A DNA stretch of 64,000 nucleotides from Candidatus Cloacimonadales bacterium (GCA_963665815.1 OY762463.1:2112001-2176000); one strand, 5' to 3'. Numbered from the stretch's first letter, positions 40,701 to 50,762 are shown. Program-made: numbers and translations. Notes: generated by a model from the letters alone, not told the origin.

Positions 40701-41531
40701 GGCTTCGGAAAGTTCTTCCTGAATTTCCTTTGTTATCTCTGTACCGGCTTTATACAGTTCTTCACCGTTTTCTGAATCAAATACATCTTCATAAAGCAGT
40801 TTGTCTTTTGCATCTTTTATGCTGATTTCGTCTTTTTCATAAAATGTTTTTCTAATATCTTCGTTAGTAGATACACCTACACTTCTTAAAAGCACGGTTA
40901 CAGGAAGTTTTCTTCTTTTATCTATGTGAACATACATAGTATCATGAATGTCAAGACTGAATTCAAGCCAGGATCCGTTGTAAGGAATTACCTTTCCTGA
41001 ATATATCTGCTTTCCGCTCGGGTGTTTTTCCTGAGTAAAAAATACTCCCGGTGATCTGTGCAGCTGACTGATTATTACGCGTTCAGCTCCATTTATGATA
41101 AAAGTTCCCTGAGGTGTGATAAGTGGAATCTCACCGAGGAATACATCCTGTTCAATGATTTTTTTGACGCGTTTTTCTTTTGCTTCTTTAAGAGCTTCCT
41201 CATCATAAACGGTCAATTTCATTTTGGCTTTTACAGGTGCCTGGAATGTTAAATTTCTTTCAATACACTCATCTGTTGAATATTTTGGTTTCAGTATAAT
41301 ATAATTAATGAACTCAAGCAGGTACAATCCCTTTGAATCTTCAATTGGGAAAATACTTTCAAAAACAGCCTGAAGCCCACGTTTTTCACGTTTTTGAGGG
41401 TGACTATCTCTTTGCAGAAAAAGATCATAAGAATCAATCTGCATTGCCAATAAATTAGGAACTTCAACTTCAGGAAATCCTAAGTCTTCCGCTCTTCTTT
41501 TTATTCTTGAGTAATTTTTGAATTTCTTCAA
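37743..41531 (-). CDS. rpoB: RNA polymerase beta subunit
   Basis: SQLHRSPG, ETPEGPNIGL, GDKMAGRHGNKG, GEMEVWAL. Confidence 0.98.
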   Translation of the reverse strand: MKKFKNYSRIKRRAEDLGFPEVEVPNLLAMQIDSYDLFLQRDSHPQKREKRGLQAVFESIFPIEDSKGLYLLEFINYIILKPKYSTDECIERNLTFQAPVKAKMKLTVYDEEALKEAKEKRVKKIIEQDVFLGEIPLITPQGTFIINGAERVIISQLHRSPGVFFTQEKHPSGKQIYSGKVIPYNGSWLEFSLDIHDTMYVHIDKRRKLPVTVLLRSVGVSTNEDIRKTFYEKDEISIKDAKDKLLYEDVFDSENGEELYKAGTEITKEIQEELSEAGCEKVWVIADGYDIHGKILENTIAKDATANIEEAVKKIYNLIRPGEDPSYEMASELVERMFFNEKRYNLGEVGRYKINSRLDLDIALDKYVLTKDDIVAIVNKLVEIFRNEDTVDDIDHLSNRRIRTVGELLEEEYANGLLRVARIAIERMSISSSEEVTVHDLINSNALIAVIQAFFLTGQLSQFMEQTNPLAALTHKRRLSALGPGGLTRERAGFEVRDVHYSHYGRICPIETPEGPNIGLISSPALYSRINRFGFLETPYIKVENAKVTQQVDYLVPEEEDKYVIAQADVTIGEDLEIIDEIVFARCKDEYLQIKPDEVQYLEVSPQQIVSVSASLIPFLEHDDANRALMGSNMQRQAVPLLFPSTPIVGTGMEKTVAKDSGVVALAPFDAEVTNVTSQYVDLKKESDTGLDLDIGTTNRIYFRKFARSNQDTLINQRPIVKPGDKVKEGQLLSDGPCIEGDRFALGQNMLVAFMPWYGFNYEDAIILSERVARDDILTSIYLEEQEVLVRNVKNGKEELAYDIPNVPTQALRNLDKTGIVRVGSVIKAGDIIVGKITPKSVDIDPSPEENLMRALFGDRAGDFTNTSLKAKPGMEGVVIDVKVFSRLEDVHDYEEEKKDEYERLKAEQADRTKRIEKFVKEQIAEMIIGHVSKNISDEKTNMFFIPSGKKITKDDIKKINFKKLNLNYDLVEDAETNEKIYNDIVLQVKAAREESANIYKKAKDRLKHGDELPYGVRKMVKVHIAKKRKIQVGDKMAGRHGNKGVISRVAPIEDMPFMEDGTSVDIILNPLGVPSRMNIGQILETHLGMAAKILGFHAETPVFDGAKHEDIEAEMIKAGIPTDGKQVLFDGKSGEPFKERVTVGIIYMLKLNHLIADKMHARSTGPYSLITQQPLGGKAQHGGQRLGEMEVWALEAYGAARLLEEMLTIKSDDVDGRTNAFKAITSGNNPPQPGVPESFNVLVSELKSLCFDIEFLADNEV

Positions 41532-41812
41532 CGATGATCTCCTTTGGCAATTATTTATTCCGTTCCTTTACGGACCTTCTTGTTCAAGTTCTAAGATTGA
41601 GTGATATTGTAATACTGAAATTGCCTGAGTAACAAAATTTGCCTTCAGACCTGAGCCTGTTTTCAATTGAAAAACAACAATTATCATTAAAACAATTCAT
41701 TTTCATTCCACTGCTCTTCAAAATCTCTTCACATTCCTATAGAACTAATGTTAATCGTTGAATTTAAACATCAATAGTGCTGAATTCCTCAGCACCGCAT
41801 ATGTTGAAAATA

Positions 41813-41852
41813 GAAATAAAGTGGGTGCGCTCAAAATGACACTACCCACTTT
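41813..41852 (-). terminator. Probable terminator/attenuator after rplL
   Basis: AAAGTGGGT..ACCCACTTT hairpin with a U-rich tail on the minus strand. Confidence 0.55.
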
Positions 41853-41867
41853 ATATAATTATTTGAA

Positions 41868-42242
41868 TTACTTGATCTCAACAGTTGCACCAGCTTCTTC
41901 AACTTTAGCTTTGATTGATTCAGCTTCTTCTTTAGACACGCCTTCTACGAGAGGTTTTGGGCAACCATCTACGAGTTCTTTAGCTTCTTTAAGTCCAAGT
42001 TTTGTGATTGTGCGAACAACTTTAATTGTTTGAATTTTTTTGTCACCGGCACCAGTGAGAATTACGTCAAATTCAGTTTTTTCTTCAGCTTCTTCAGCTG
42101 CTGCTGGAGCTGCGCCTGCTACTGCAACTGGAGCTGCAGCGGTAACACCAAATACTTCTTCAAATTCTTTTACTAATTCTGAAAGTTCAAGAACGGTCAT
42201 TTCCTTTATAATATCAAGAACTTGTTGCTTTTTATCAGCCAT
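41868..42242 (-). CDS. rplL: 50S ribosomal protein L7/L12
   Basis: Start MADKK after [22 protein letters not shown]. Confidence 0.96.
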   Translation of the reverse strand: MADKKQQVLDIIKEMTVLELSELVKEFEEVFGVTAAAPVAVAGAAPAAAEEAEEKTEFDVILTGAGDKKIQTIKVVRTITKLGLKEAKELVDGCPKPLVEGVSKEEAESIKAKVEEAGATVEIK

Positions 42243-42264
42243 TTTTCCTCCAAATGATAAATAT

Positions 42265-42801
42265 TTAATTATTTTCTGCTTTTGATTTTGCCAATGCATC
42301 TACTGCGTAGGCAAATTGTCTCATAATACCCTGTAATACACCTAAGAATCCTGTCATTGGAGCATTAAGTGCACCAAGTGTCTTACTGAGTAATTCTTCT
42401 TTAGACGGAAGTTTTGCAAGTGAATTAAGTTGTGCAACAGACATTAATCCACCGTCAACATATCCAATTTTGAATTTAGGAAAATCTTTCTCTTCCATCA
42501 CTTCTTTGTAAAACTTTACGAATTCTCTTGCAGGAGCTACTTCATCTGCCTTGCATACCGCGCAGGCTGTAGGTCCCTTAAGATAATCATCAAGCTCTTT
42601 GATTCCTAATTCATTCAAAGCTACTTTAATGAATGTGTTTTTGGAAACAAAGTAATCAACTTCAGCATTTCGAAATCTGTTTCTTAATTCGTCAACTTCC
42701 TCAATATTAATACCTTTATAATCTATAAGTACTATAGATTTGGCATCAGTTAATCGTTCTTTCAAGCTGCCGACTTCATCAATTTTGTACTTTTGTAACA
42801 T
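42265..42801 (-). CDS. rplJ: 50S ribosomal protein L10
   Basis: [22 protein letters not shown]. Confidence 0.95.
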   Translation of the reverse strand: MLQKYKIDEVGSLKERLTDAKSIVLIDYKGINIEEVDELRNRFRNAEVDYFVSKNTFIKVALNELGIKELDDYLKGPTACAVCKADEVAPAREFVKFYKEVMEEKDFPKFKIGYVDGGLMSVAQLNSLAKLPSKEELLSKTLGALNAPMTGFLGVLQGIMRQFAYAVDALAKSKAENN

Positions 42802-42809
42802 ACTGTCTC

Positions 42810-43514
42810 CTATTTCTTAGATTCAAGTGTAGCAGCAGCTACATTGAGTTTAATTCCTGGGTTCATAGTAGAAGTTACGGTAATACTTTTGATATACTGA
42901 CCTTTAACAGCAGCAGGACGATCTTTTAAGATAGCAGCAATAATTGCTAAGAGATTCCCTTTGAGTTTGTCAATTTCAAAACTGATTTTACCAGCCGGTA
43001 TATGTAGATTAGAGAACTTGTCAACTCGGTATGCAACTTTACCGAATTTAGCTTCTTTAACTACATTTCCAACTTCCATTGTAACAGTTCCGACTTTCGG
43101 GTTAGGCATAAGACCTCGAGGTCCGAGTACTCTACCTAAACGCCCGATTTTACCCATAAGGTTAGGAGTGGCAATGACCATATCAAAGTCTAACCATCCT
43201 GATTGAATCTTTTCGACATACTCATCGAGTCCAACGTAATCTGCTCCTGCTTCTTTCGCTTCTTCAGCTTTATCACCTTCAGCAAAAACTAATACAGTAA
43301 CTTTTTTACCGGTTCCGTTTGGAAGAACCAGCGAGTTTCTGATCTGCTGATCTGCTTTTCTTGGATCAACTCCAAGGTTCATATGCAGTTCAACAGTTTC
43401 ATCGAATTTTGCTTTAGGGAATTGCTTAAGAATATCAAGAGCTTCATCAAGAGTGTAACGTTGATTCTTGTCGACAAGATCTTTTGCGTTCCTGTACTTC
43501 TTACTCTCTTTCAT
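42810..43514 (-). CDS. rplA: 50S ribosomal protein L1
   Basis: [18 protein letters not shown]. Confidence 0.97.
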   Translation of the reverse strand: MKESKKYRNAKDLVDKNQRYTLDEALDILKQFPKAKFDETVELHMNLGVDPRKADQQIRNSLVLPNGTGKKVTVLVFAEGDKAEEAKEAGADYVGLDEYVEKIQSGWLDFDMVIATPNLMGKIGRLGRVLGPRGLMPNPKVGTVTMEVGNVVKEAKFGKVAYRVDKFSNLHIPAGKISFEIDKLKGNLLAIIAAILKDRPAAVKGQYIKSITVTSTMNPGIKLNVAAATLESKK

Positions 43515-43581
43515 CTATTCTCCTTATGAATATAATCTCCTGCAGGGTAAATTTTGGATTTAGTCTTGTAATAAGGGGATA

Positions 43582-44010
43582 TTACTTAACGACTACTCCC
43601 ATACTCCTTGCAGTACCTTTGACCATATTCATAGCCCCTTTTAAATCGTAAGCATTTAAATCTTGCATTTTAATTTCTGCAATTTTCTTAACTTGTTCGT
43701 TAGTAATTTTACCAACTTTATCTTTATTAGGTTCTGATGAACCTTTAGCGAGTCCGGCTTCCTTTCTGATTAAAACAGATGCTGGAGGTGTTTTAATTTC
43801 AAAAGAAAAGCTTTTGTTTTTCATGACAGAAATGATAACTGGGAAAATCATTCCCGGTTGATCTTTTGTTTTATCATTAAACTGTCTGCAAAAATCACCA
43901 ATATTAATACCAGCCTGCCCCAATGCAGGTCCTACTGGTGGCGCCGGAGTAGCTTGTCCAGCGGGAAGCTGTAACTTAATTGTGTTAACAACGTTTTTTG
44001 GTTTTGCCAT
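43582..44010 (-). CDS. rplK: 50S ribosomal protein L11
   Basis: [19 protein letters not shown]. Confidence 0.97.
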   Translation of the reverse strand: MAKPKNVVNTIKLQLPAGQATPAPPVGPALGQAGINIGDFCRQFNDKTKDQPGMIFPVIISVMKNKSFSFEIKTPPASVLIRKEAGLAKGSSEPNKDKVGKITNEQVKKIAEIKMQDLNAYDLKGAMNMVKGTARSMGVVVK

Positions 44011-44021
44011 TTCAACCTCTA

Positions 44022-44546
44022 TTATTTATTAATTTGTACATTCTCGGCAGCAATTTCAACCGGAGTAACACGTCCAAACACAGTCACATCTACAGTTAAC
44101 TTATTACTGTCAGCACTAACGTGCTTGATTATGCCTTCAAAATCGGTAAATGGACCGGAAGTAATCATCACTATATCCCCTGGAAGGAAATCATAACCAC
44201 TTTTCTTATCGCTATCACGATCATTAATACCAAGAAGTCTGTTTACTTCTTCAACAGACAATGGTATTGCTTTTTTTCCGGTACCAAGAAAGTTAGTCAC
44301 ACCAGGCATTCTTCTTACAAATGCATATACTTCTGGGGTCAGATCAGCTTCAAGAATAATATAACTGTTGAAAACTTTCTTTTCCCTTTCTACTTTTTTA
44401 CCGTCTCTTATTACGAAAGTTTTCTGTGTGGGAATAAGTATCTGACCTATTTTGTCTTCAAAAGGAGTATCAATTTTACCTTTTTCGATCAACTCTTTGA
44501 TCTTGAACTCCTGCGAAGCAAAGGTGTGAACAACATACCATTTCAT
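44022..44546 (-). CDS. nusG: Transcription factor NusG
   Basis: WYVVHT; KOW GPFTDF..VFGR.TPV. Confidence 0.95.
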   Translation of the reverse strand: MKWYVVHTFASQEFKIKELIEKGKIDTPFEDKIGQILIPTQKTFVIRDGKKVEREKKVFNSYIILEADLTPEVYAFVRRMPGVTNFLGTGKKAIPLSVEEVNRLLGINDRDSDKKSGYDFLPGDIVMITSGPFTDFEGIIKHVSADSNKLTVDVTVFGRVTPVEIAAENVQINK

Positions 44547-44551
44547 TATAA

Positions 44552-44746
44552 TTAACCTCTAAAAATCACGTATTTCAGAATTACACTGAAAGCAGAATCA
44601 ACGATCCAGAGAAACATGGAAGTGATAGCACCCATTACGACTACAACAGTTGTACCTTCTTTAAGGTCAGCTTTAGTAGGCCAGTTTATGAACTTCATTT
44701 CCTGTCTCACGTCTTTTAAAAACTTTATAAGCTTATTCATAAGCAA
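44552..44746 (-). CDS. secE: Preprotein translocase SecE
   Basis: EMKFINWPT motif plus one TM; position between tRNA-Trp and nusG. Confidence 0.9.
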   Translation of the reverse strand: MLMNKLIKFLKDVRQEMKFINWPTKADLKEGTTVVVVMGAITSMFLWIVDSAFSVILKYVIFRG

Positions 44747-44800
44747 CTCTTTTGTTATTATAAATAAAAGGAAGAGATGAACTCATCCTTTTATAATTAA

Positions 44801-44876
44801 TGGCAGGACAGGCAGGAATCGAACCCGCAACCCCTGGTTTTGGAGACCAGTGCTCTGCCAATTGAGCTACTATCCT
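44801..44876 (-). tRNA. tRNA-Trp(CCA)
   Basis: Cloverleaf AGGATAG..CTCCAAA anticodon loop..GTTCGA..CCA end. Confidence 0.95.
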
Positions 44877-44887
44877 ACCGAAATTTA

Positions 44888-45037
44888 TTATTTAGTTTGC
44901 TTATGGCTAGTGTGCTTATTACATTTAGGACAATACTTTTTCAACTCAAGACGACCAGGGTGGTTACGTCTATTCTTTGTAGTTGAATAGTTTCTGTTCT
45001 TGCATTCAGCACAAGCCATTATAATTATTTCTCTCAT
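44888..45037 (-). CDS. rpmG: 50S ribosomal protein L33 (Zn-binding type)
   Basis: Translated by hand: [49 protein letters not shown]. Confidence 0.93.
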   Translation of the reverse strand: MREIIIMACAECKNRNYSTTKNRRNHPGRLELKKYCPKCNKHTSHKQTK

Positions 45038-45053
45038 TTTCTTTCTCTATCTT

Positions 45054-46247
45054 TTAGTCATCAATTACATCACCGACAACGCCAGCGCCGATAGTTCTTC
45101 CACCTTCACGAATAGCGAAGCGAAGACCTTTCTCCATAGCGATCGGAGTAATAAGTTCTACGTCTACTGTTACGTTATCACCTGGCATTACCATTTCTAC
45201 ACCTTCTGGTAATGTAAGACTTCCTGTAACGTCTGTTGTTCTAAAGTAAAACTGTGGGCGGTAACCGCTGAAGAATGGCTTATGTCGTCCACCTTCATCT
45301 TTGGTTAATACATAAGTTTCACCTTTGAACTTTGTGTGTGGAGTGATGGATTTTGGCTTAGCAAGTACCATTCCACGCTCTACATCGCTCTTAGCCATGC
45401 CGCGAAGAAGGATCCCTACGTTATCTCCAGCTTCTCCTTGTTCAAGAATCTTACGGAACATTTCTACACCGGTACATACTACTTCTACTGTTTCGCGGAT
45501 ACCGATACGTGACATCTTTTCTCCCATCTTGATTACGCCACGCTCAATTTTACCTGTCGCTACTGTTCCACGACCAGGAATTGAGAATACGTCCTCAACA
45601 GGCATTAAGAATGGTCTGTCTGTATCACGCTCTGGAAGCGGTACATACTCATCTACTCTGTCCATCAGTTCTTGAATCTGTGCTTCACCTTCAGGATCTG
45701 CATTAAGAGCTTTCAAAGCTGATCCCATTACGATTGGAATATCGTCGCCTGGGAAATCATATTCTGATAATAAGTCTCTTACTTCAAGCTCTACAAGTTC
45801 TAATAATTCTTCATCATCTACGAGATCGCATTTGTTAAGAAATACTACCATTGCTGGGACTCCAACCTGACGCGCAAGAAGGATGTGCTCTCGTGTCTGA
45901 GGCATTGGACCGTCTGCTGCACTTACTACAAGTATAGCGCCGTCCATCTGAGCTGCGCCGGTAATCATGTTCTTTACATAATCCGCGTGACCTGGACAAT
46001 CCACGTGTGCGTAGTGACGGTTGTCTGTCTCATACTCTACGTGTGCTGTTGCGATGGTAATACCACGCTCACGCTCTTCCGGTGCGTTGTCAATACTGTC
46101 GAATGATCTGAATTCTGCAGCTCCACCCTTTTTCTTACTCAGATAAAGAGTTATTGCTGCTGTCAATGTTGTTTTTCCATGATCAACGTGGCCTATTGTA
46201 CCAATGTTGACATGAGGTTTCGTGCGAACAAATTTTTCCTTAGCCAT
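45054..46247 (-). CDS. tuf: Elongation factor Tu
   Basis: Start MAKEKF after [23 protein letters not shown]. Confidence 0.98.
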   Translation of the reverse strand: MAKEKFVRTKPHVNIGTIGHVDHGKTTLTAAITLYLSKKKGGAAEFRSFDSIDNAPEERERGITIATAHVEYETDNRHYAHVDCPGHADYVKNMITGAAQMDGAILVVSAADGPMPQTREHILLARQVGVPAMVVFLNKCDLVDDEELLELVELEVRDLLSEYDFPGDDIPIVMGSALKALNADPEGEAQIQELMDRVDEYVPLPERDTDRPFLMPVEDVFSIPGRGTVATGKIERGVIKMGEKMSRIGIRETVEVVCTGVEMFRKILEQGEAGDNVGILLRGMAKSDVERGMVLAKPKSITPHTKFKGETYVLTKDEGGRHKPFFSGYRPQFYFRTTDVTGSLTLPEGVEMVMPGDNVTVDVELITPIAMEKGLRFAIREGGRTIGAGVVGDVIDD

Positions 46248-46345
46248 CGTTCCTCCAGGGCTATACATTATTATATTATATATATATTTACACAATAAAT
46301 ATTAAATTAAGTTTTCTGTCAAAAAAAACATAAACAAAAAAATTA

Positions 46346-46421
46346 TGGAGCTCATGACCGGACTTGAACCGGTGACCTCATCCTTACCAAGGATGTGCTC
46401 TACCGACTGAGCTACATGAGC
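46346..46421 (-). tRNA. tRNA-Thr(GGT)
   Basis: GCTCATG..TTGGTAA loop..GTTCAA..CCA. Confidence 0.95.
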
Positions 46422-46444
46422 AGACTCCATTTACATAAAAAAAA

Positions 46445-46521
46445 TGGAGCGGGAAACGAGATTCGAACTCGCGACCCTCAGCTTGGAAGGCTGATGCTCT
46501 AGCCAGCTGAGCTATTCCCGC
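46445..46521 (-). tRNA. tRNA-Gly(TCC)
   Basis: GCGGGAA..CTTCCAA loop..GTTCGA..CCA. Confidence 0.95.
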
Positions 46522-46528
46522 TCAATTA

Positions 46529-46613
46529 TGGTGGAGAGGGGAGGATTCGAACCTCCGAAGGCTTCGCCGACAGATTTACAGTCTGTTCCCTTTGACCGCT
46601 CGGGAACCTCTCC
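46529..46613 (-). tRNA. tRNA-Tyr(GTA)
   Basis: GGAGAGG..CTGTAAA loop, long variable arm, CCA. Confidence 0.95.
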
Positions 46614-46620
46614 GAATATA

Positions 46621-46695
46621 TGGAGCCGATGAAGGGAGTTGAACCCCCGACCGACTGATTACAAATCAGTTGCTCTACCACTGAGCTACATCGGC
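46621..46695 (-). tRNA. tRNA-Thr(TGT)
   Basis: GCCGATG..TTTGTAA loop..GTTCAA..CCA. Confidence 0.95.
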
Positions 46696-46719
46696 TTTAT
46701 TAATCAACTGTGAGAACAC

Positions 46720-46841
46720 AAAATTAACCATCAACTTTCTTGTCAATATTTTTTTTCACTCTATTTTTCTTTTTCAAAAATCAACCAAACTCAACTTATG
46801 TGAGCGGTGCAAAATACAGAATCACCGTGAATTTCTGTCAA
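46720..46841 (-). promoter_or_regulatory. Tandem putative promoters of the tRNA-tuf operon
   Basis: TTGACA at 46836-46841 (N18-GTATTTTGC) and at 46741-46746. Confidence 0.5.
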
Positions 46842-46933
46842 TAAATTTTTATCTTTTTCTTCATTTTGTCGTAAAATTACTACATTTCAAAGAAATAGAC
46901 CTACTTTTTTAGCAGAATCATAACAAAAAAAAT

Positions 46934-48310
46934 TTACTTACGAGTCCACTTTGTGCCATCAGGAGTATCCATAAGAACTATTCCAAGCCCCTTCAGTTCA
47001 TCCCGAATCATATCAGAATATTGCCACATTTTTTCTTTTTTAAAGGCATTTCTGCACTTGATAAGCAGTTTGACCAACTCTTCTGAACTTTCTCCACTCT
47101 TTAATTTCTCTTCCGGATTCTGGAAAAATCCTAATGAACCACCAAGCTTCAGCAATAATGAAGCAGCCATTTTCCTGTCAGATTCTTCCACAGAGAAGTT
47201 TTTGACTGACTTAGAAAGGTCAAAAAGTACAGCAATAGCCTTTGCAGTATTAAAATCATCCTGCATTGCAGCATTAAATTCCTCTTCATACTTGCTCATA
47301 CTATCATCTACAGTCAAAGCTCTGACCTCTTTAATATCTATCATACTGAGAGCATCATAGAAATTTGCTACAGCTTTCTCAGATTCAGCCAGAATTTCTG
47401 CATTATAGTCTATTGGACTTCTGTAGTGCTTAGACAGAAAATAAAAGCGTACAGTCTCAGAATCATACTTCTCCAGTACTTCTCTTGCCAGAAAGAAATT
47501 TTTGAGACTCTTGGACATCTTTTCGCCATCTATGTTGAGAAAACCGACATGCATCCAAACTTTAGCAAGCTCACTGTGATAAAGAGCTTTTGCCTGAGCA
47601 TTTTCGTTTTCATGATGAGGGAATAACAAATCAGTTCCACCACCATGGATATCGAACGGAACACCAAGCAGATCTTTTGACATTACAACACATTCTGTAT
47701 GCCAGCCTGGTCTGCCTTTTCCCCATGGAGATCCCCATTCAGGTTCTCCCGGTTTAGCATCTTTCCATAATGTAAAATCAGCAGGATTTTTCTTAGCTGT
47801 ATTTTCAGCAACTCTGGCACCGGCAATCAGATCTTCCACTTTTCTTCCGGAAAGAGAACCGTAGCCCTTAAATGAATCGACAGAGAAGTATACATCTCCG
47901 TTCTGTTCATATGCAAAACCATTATCAACAAGTTCTTTAATGAAACGGATCATTTCTTTAATATATTTTGTAGCTTTAGGCTGATGAGTCGGTGTATCGA
48001 TTCCAAGCTTTGCCCTGTCTTCATTAAATGCACTGATGTATTTCTCAGCTACTTTTGAAGCCTTAACATCTTCTTCAATTGCTTGAGCTATTATTTTATC
48101 ATCTATATCAGTTAAGTTCTGTACGTAATTAACATCATAACCGATAAACTCAAAATATCTTTTCACTACATCGAAAAACATGAAAGTTCTGGCATTACCA
48201 ATATGGAAGTAATTGTATACGGTAGGTCCGCAGGCATACATTCTTACCTTACCTTCTTCTATTGGTTTGAATTCTTCTTTCTTACGTGTATAACTATTAT
48301 ATATTTTCAC
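46934..48310 (-). CDS. cysS: Cysteine--tRNA ligase
   Basis: CGPTVY..HIGN, GRPGWH.EC, KMSKS. Confidence 0.97.
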   Translation of the reverse strand: MKIYNSYTRKKEEFKPIEEGKVRMYACGPTVYNYFHIGNARTFMFFDVVKRYFEFIGYDVNYVQNLTDIDDKIIAQAIEEDVKASKVAEKYISAFNEDRAKLGIDTPTHQPKATKYIKEMIRFIKELVDNGFAYEQNGDVYFSVDSFKGYGSLSGRKVEDLIAGARVAENTAKKNPADFTLWKDAKPGEPEWGSPWGKGRPGWHTECVVMSKDLLGVPFDIHGGGTDLLFPHHENENAQAKALYHSELAKVWMHVGFLNIDGEKMSKSLKNFFLAREVLEKYDSETVRFYFLSKHYRSPIDYNAEILAESEKAVANFYDALSMIDIKEVRALTVDDSMSKYEEEFNAAMQDDFNTAKAIAVLFDLSKSVKNFSVEESDRKMAASLLLKLGGSLGFFQNPEEKLKSGESSEELVKLLIKCRNAFKKEKMWQYSDMIRDELKGLGIVLMDTPDGTKWTRK

Positions 48311-48860
48311 TTACATTCTCCCTGGAATTATCATTTATAAGTACAGTCAGCGATTGATTCCCATATTTATTATCAAACAAGACTCTATACTTTTCAGAAG
48401 CAACCGGCTCATAGGATGAATGCTCAATCACAAGTAATCCATCTTCCTTCAGAACATCCATTTCCTGTACCAAATCTATTGTCTTTTTTATTAGCCCCTT
48501 ATCATACGGGGGATCCATCAGAATAAGGTCATATTTCTTTTCTGTTACTTTGAGATATGCTGATACTTTACGTTTATTTACTCTACATATACTTCGGACA
48601 TCAAGCATGTCGATATTCCGGAACAGCGTTTTCATTGCATTTGAAGACATCTCTATAAAGTCTACAAATGCTGCTCCGCGACTCAGTGCTTCAAGTCCGA
48701 GACTCCCTGTACCTGCATATAGATCCAGAACCAGATTATCATCACAATTCTCAATGACGGAAAACATTGCTTCCTTCATGAAATCGGTTGTAGGACGAGT
48801 TCTGTTTCCCGGTATTGTATGCAGTTTTCTTCCTTTATATTTACCGGTTATAATTCTCAT
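48297..48860 (-). CDS. rsmD: 16S rRNA m2G966 methyltransferase
   Basis: MRIITG, TRPT, DLYAGTG, EALSRGA, DPPY. Confidence 0.93.
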   Translation of the reverse strand: MRIITGKYKGRKLHTIPGNRTRPTTDFMKEAMFSVIENCDDNLVLDLYAGTGSLGLEALSRGAAFVDFIEMSSNAMKTLFRNIDMLDVRSICRVNKRKVSAYLKVTEKKYDLILMDPPYDKGLIKKTIDLVQEMDVLKEDGLLVIEHSSYEPVASEKYRVLFDNKYGNQSLTVLINDNSRENVSENI

Positions 48861-49012
48861 TTCTTTTTCTTTCTTTTCGGTTTAAAATTAAGTGTCAATT
48901 GAACTGATCTTGGTTCGAATTTTGGGCATCCAAGCAAGATAATATGATCCGGTTGTTTGCATTTTCTGAGACACTTTTCGCAAAGTTTATTTATTTTCTT
49001 ATCTTTTTCCAT
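48857..49012 (-). CDS. Small Cys-rich protein (51 aa), below the ORF-track cutoff
   Basis: MEKDKKINKLCEKCLRKCKQPDHIILLGCPKFEPRSVQLTLNFKPKRKKKK; overlaps both neighbours (ATGA overlap with rsmD). Confidence 0.65.
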   Translation of the reverse strand: MEKDKKINKLCEKCLRKCKQPDHIILLGCPKFEPRSVQLTLNFKPKRKKKK

Positions 49013-49733
49013 TATTTTTTAAATCCTGAATAAATCCTATCATTTCGAATATTGATATTTCACCAATTTTCTTCTGTTTCCCAAAGTGTTTCTCCATTTT
49101 CTCCGCAAGATCACCAACCTTGCAATGCAGTATACCTGAAAACAGATTATTCATTATTGGTATTGCCTGCTTAATTACTTCCGGTTCCACATTGGCTTTT
49201 ACAGACTGTTTCACAGTAGGTTCCTGTTCTTTAACTTCATCCTGTTGATTCGTCAGAAGCTTTGCAATATCAAGATCCGTCTCATCATCACTTTCAAGCT
49301 CAGCAAATGCATCATCCTTTTCAGGATCATATGAGCTGTTTTCTACTTTCTTATTAACAGGAACCATCTTTTCAGAAACTTCCACAGGTTCCTCAGGAAT
49401 TTCATTTTCCTGAACATCCAGTTCTTCAGGGAACTCTGATAAAGGCATATCAGATTCCAGAGCTTCCTGATATTCGGAATACTTGCTTTCTGAAAGAATC
49501 ATAAAATTACCTACTTCTTTCTCAGTGAAGATAGATTTGACAGGTTCGCTTAACTCACTGCTGTTGACAAGTAATTCCTGAAGCTGCTTGATTTTCTGCT
49601 GAGTCTCATCTTCCGGTTTCGTGAAATGCAGTTTCTTGTATGTTACCAGAGCATCAATAATCTGATTCTGACTTTCATATAGTTTTGCCAGCGTGAGTGT
49701 CGGTCCCAACTCATTCGGTTTCAGTTTTTCCAT
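48999..49733 (-). CDS. Hypothetical protein, TPR-like N-terminus and acidic linker
   Basis: TLTLAKLYESQ motif; coupled within the operon. Confidence 0.6.
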   Translation of the reverse strand: MEKLKPNELGPTLTLAKLYESQNQIIDALVTYKKLHFTKPEDETQQKIKQLQELLVNSSELSEPVKSIFTEKEVGNFMILSESKYSEYQEALESDMPLSEFPEELDVQENEIPEEPVEVSEKMVPVNKKVENSSYDPEKDDAFAELESDDETDLDIAKLLTNQQDEVKEQEPTVKQSVKANVEPEVIKQAIPIMNNLFSGILHCKVGDLAEKMEKHFGKQKKIGEISIFEMIGFIQDLKNNGKR

Positions 49734-50166
49734 TAACTTCTCCTGTCGTTATCATATCTTTAAGTTTATCAAACTTCTTTATTCCAATACCATTCACATT
49801 TAATAAATCATTTATATTTGTGAAGTTACCTTCGCTTTTTCTGTATTCAATGATTCTCAATGCAGTCGCTTCGCCAACTCCTGGCAGTTTGCACAATCCA
49901 TCTTTATCTGCTGCATTTATATCAATCAGAATATCTCTTTTGGTATCATCCACAAGATCAGTCTCCAATGCATTCCTATTTACAGCAACACGGGTTCTCG
50001 CAGTATCAGCAATAATCTGCTTCATATTCATTGAAGCAACATCAGATTCTTCTGACGCTTTGTTTATTGATTTTAAGCCAACTGCTTTAATTACAACAGA
50101 TAGCATCACTGCTCCGAGAATGAATAATATTATTCTAAGCTCATTTGCTGTAAATATTTTTTTCAT
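49711..50166 (-). CDS. ComEA-family helix-hairpin-helix DNA-binding protein
   Basis: N-terminal TM; IDINAA..LPGVG..A.RII.YR..F..DLLNVNGIG. Confidence 0.88.
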   Translation of the reverse strand: MKKIFTANELRIILFILGAVMLSVVIKAVGLKSINKASEESDVASMNMKQIIADTARTRVAVNRNALETDLVDDTKRDILIDINAADKDGLCKLPGVGEATALRIIEYRKSEGNFTNINDLLNVNGIGIKKFDKLKDMITTGEVNGKTETE

Positions 50167-50169
50167 ATC

Positions 50170-50562
50170 TTATTTTCTGGGCTTTAGAAATTTAGATTCT
50201 GCTTTAACACAGATATTGTTTTCTGTGTCTGTAATTTCACCTGAACAGAGAAAAAGTCTGGAAGATCTTTTATTGATTCTGCTGGTGACTGTATATTCCT
50301 TATCAACATTCACCTGTCTGAGAAAATCTACATTTATGTTCACAGTAAAAGCTGTAATATCCTCATCCAGAAGAATCTTTGCCATTGCTTCATCCATAAT
50401 CGTACTGAGAATTCCTCCATGTACTATATCAGGATATCCTTCATATCTTGAATCAAGACAGAATTTACAGATCATTTCTTCGTCTTTTCTTACAAACTGA
50501 AGCTTTAGTCCTATGGGATTTTCCATCCCACAGGCAAAACAATTATTGTATTGCTCTTCCAT
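50170..50562 (-). CDS. PaaI-family (hotdog) thioesterase
   Basis: CFACG..NPIGL, HGGILSTIMDE. Confidence 0.88.
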   Translation of the reverse strand: MEEQYNNCFACGMENPIGLKLQFVRKDEEMICKFCLDSRYEGYPDIVHGGILSTIMDEAMAKILLDEDITAFTVNINVDFLRQVNVDKEYTVTSRINKRSSRLFLCSGEITDTENNICVKAESKFLKPRK

Positions 50563-50762
50563 AACGTTATTATACCTTCATATATATCATCGAACAAAAG
50601 CAACAGCAGGTTGTGCATTGCCCAAATTAATAATAATTCCTGAATTTACTGTTTACAGCATTTTGACAAATTAAAATGTTTGCAAAATATTTCAAGTAAA
50701 AAAACATAAGATCTTGCAATATATAATTAGATTAGTCTGTAATATAAGACTCTGCAAAACTA

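Noticed and set aside
41532-41810. Possible ncRNA or 91-aa ORF between rplL and rpoB
   Set aside because: No recognisable RNA family. The ORF is largely antisense to rplL; only the terminator is supportable.
46248-46295. N-terminal extensions of tuf (also rplL and rpsL) in the ORF track
   Set aside because: Downstream starts have clear GGAGG RBSs and canonical N-termini.
49697-50500. 267-aa plus-strand ORF
   Set aside because: Antisense to comEA and the thioesterase; Ser/Ile/Phe-rich composition typical of shadow ORFs.
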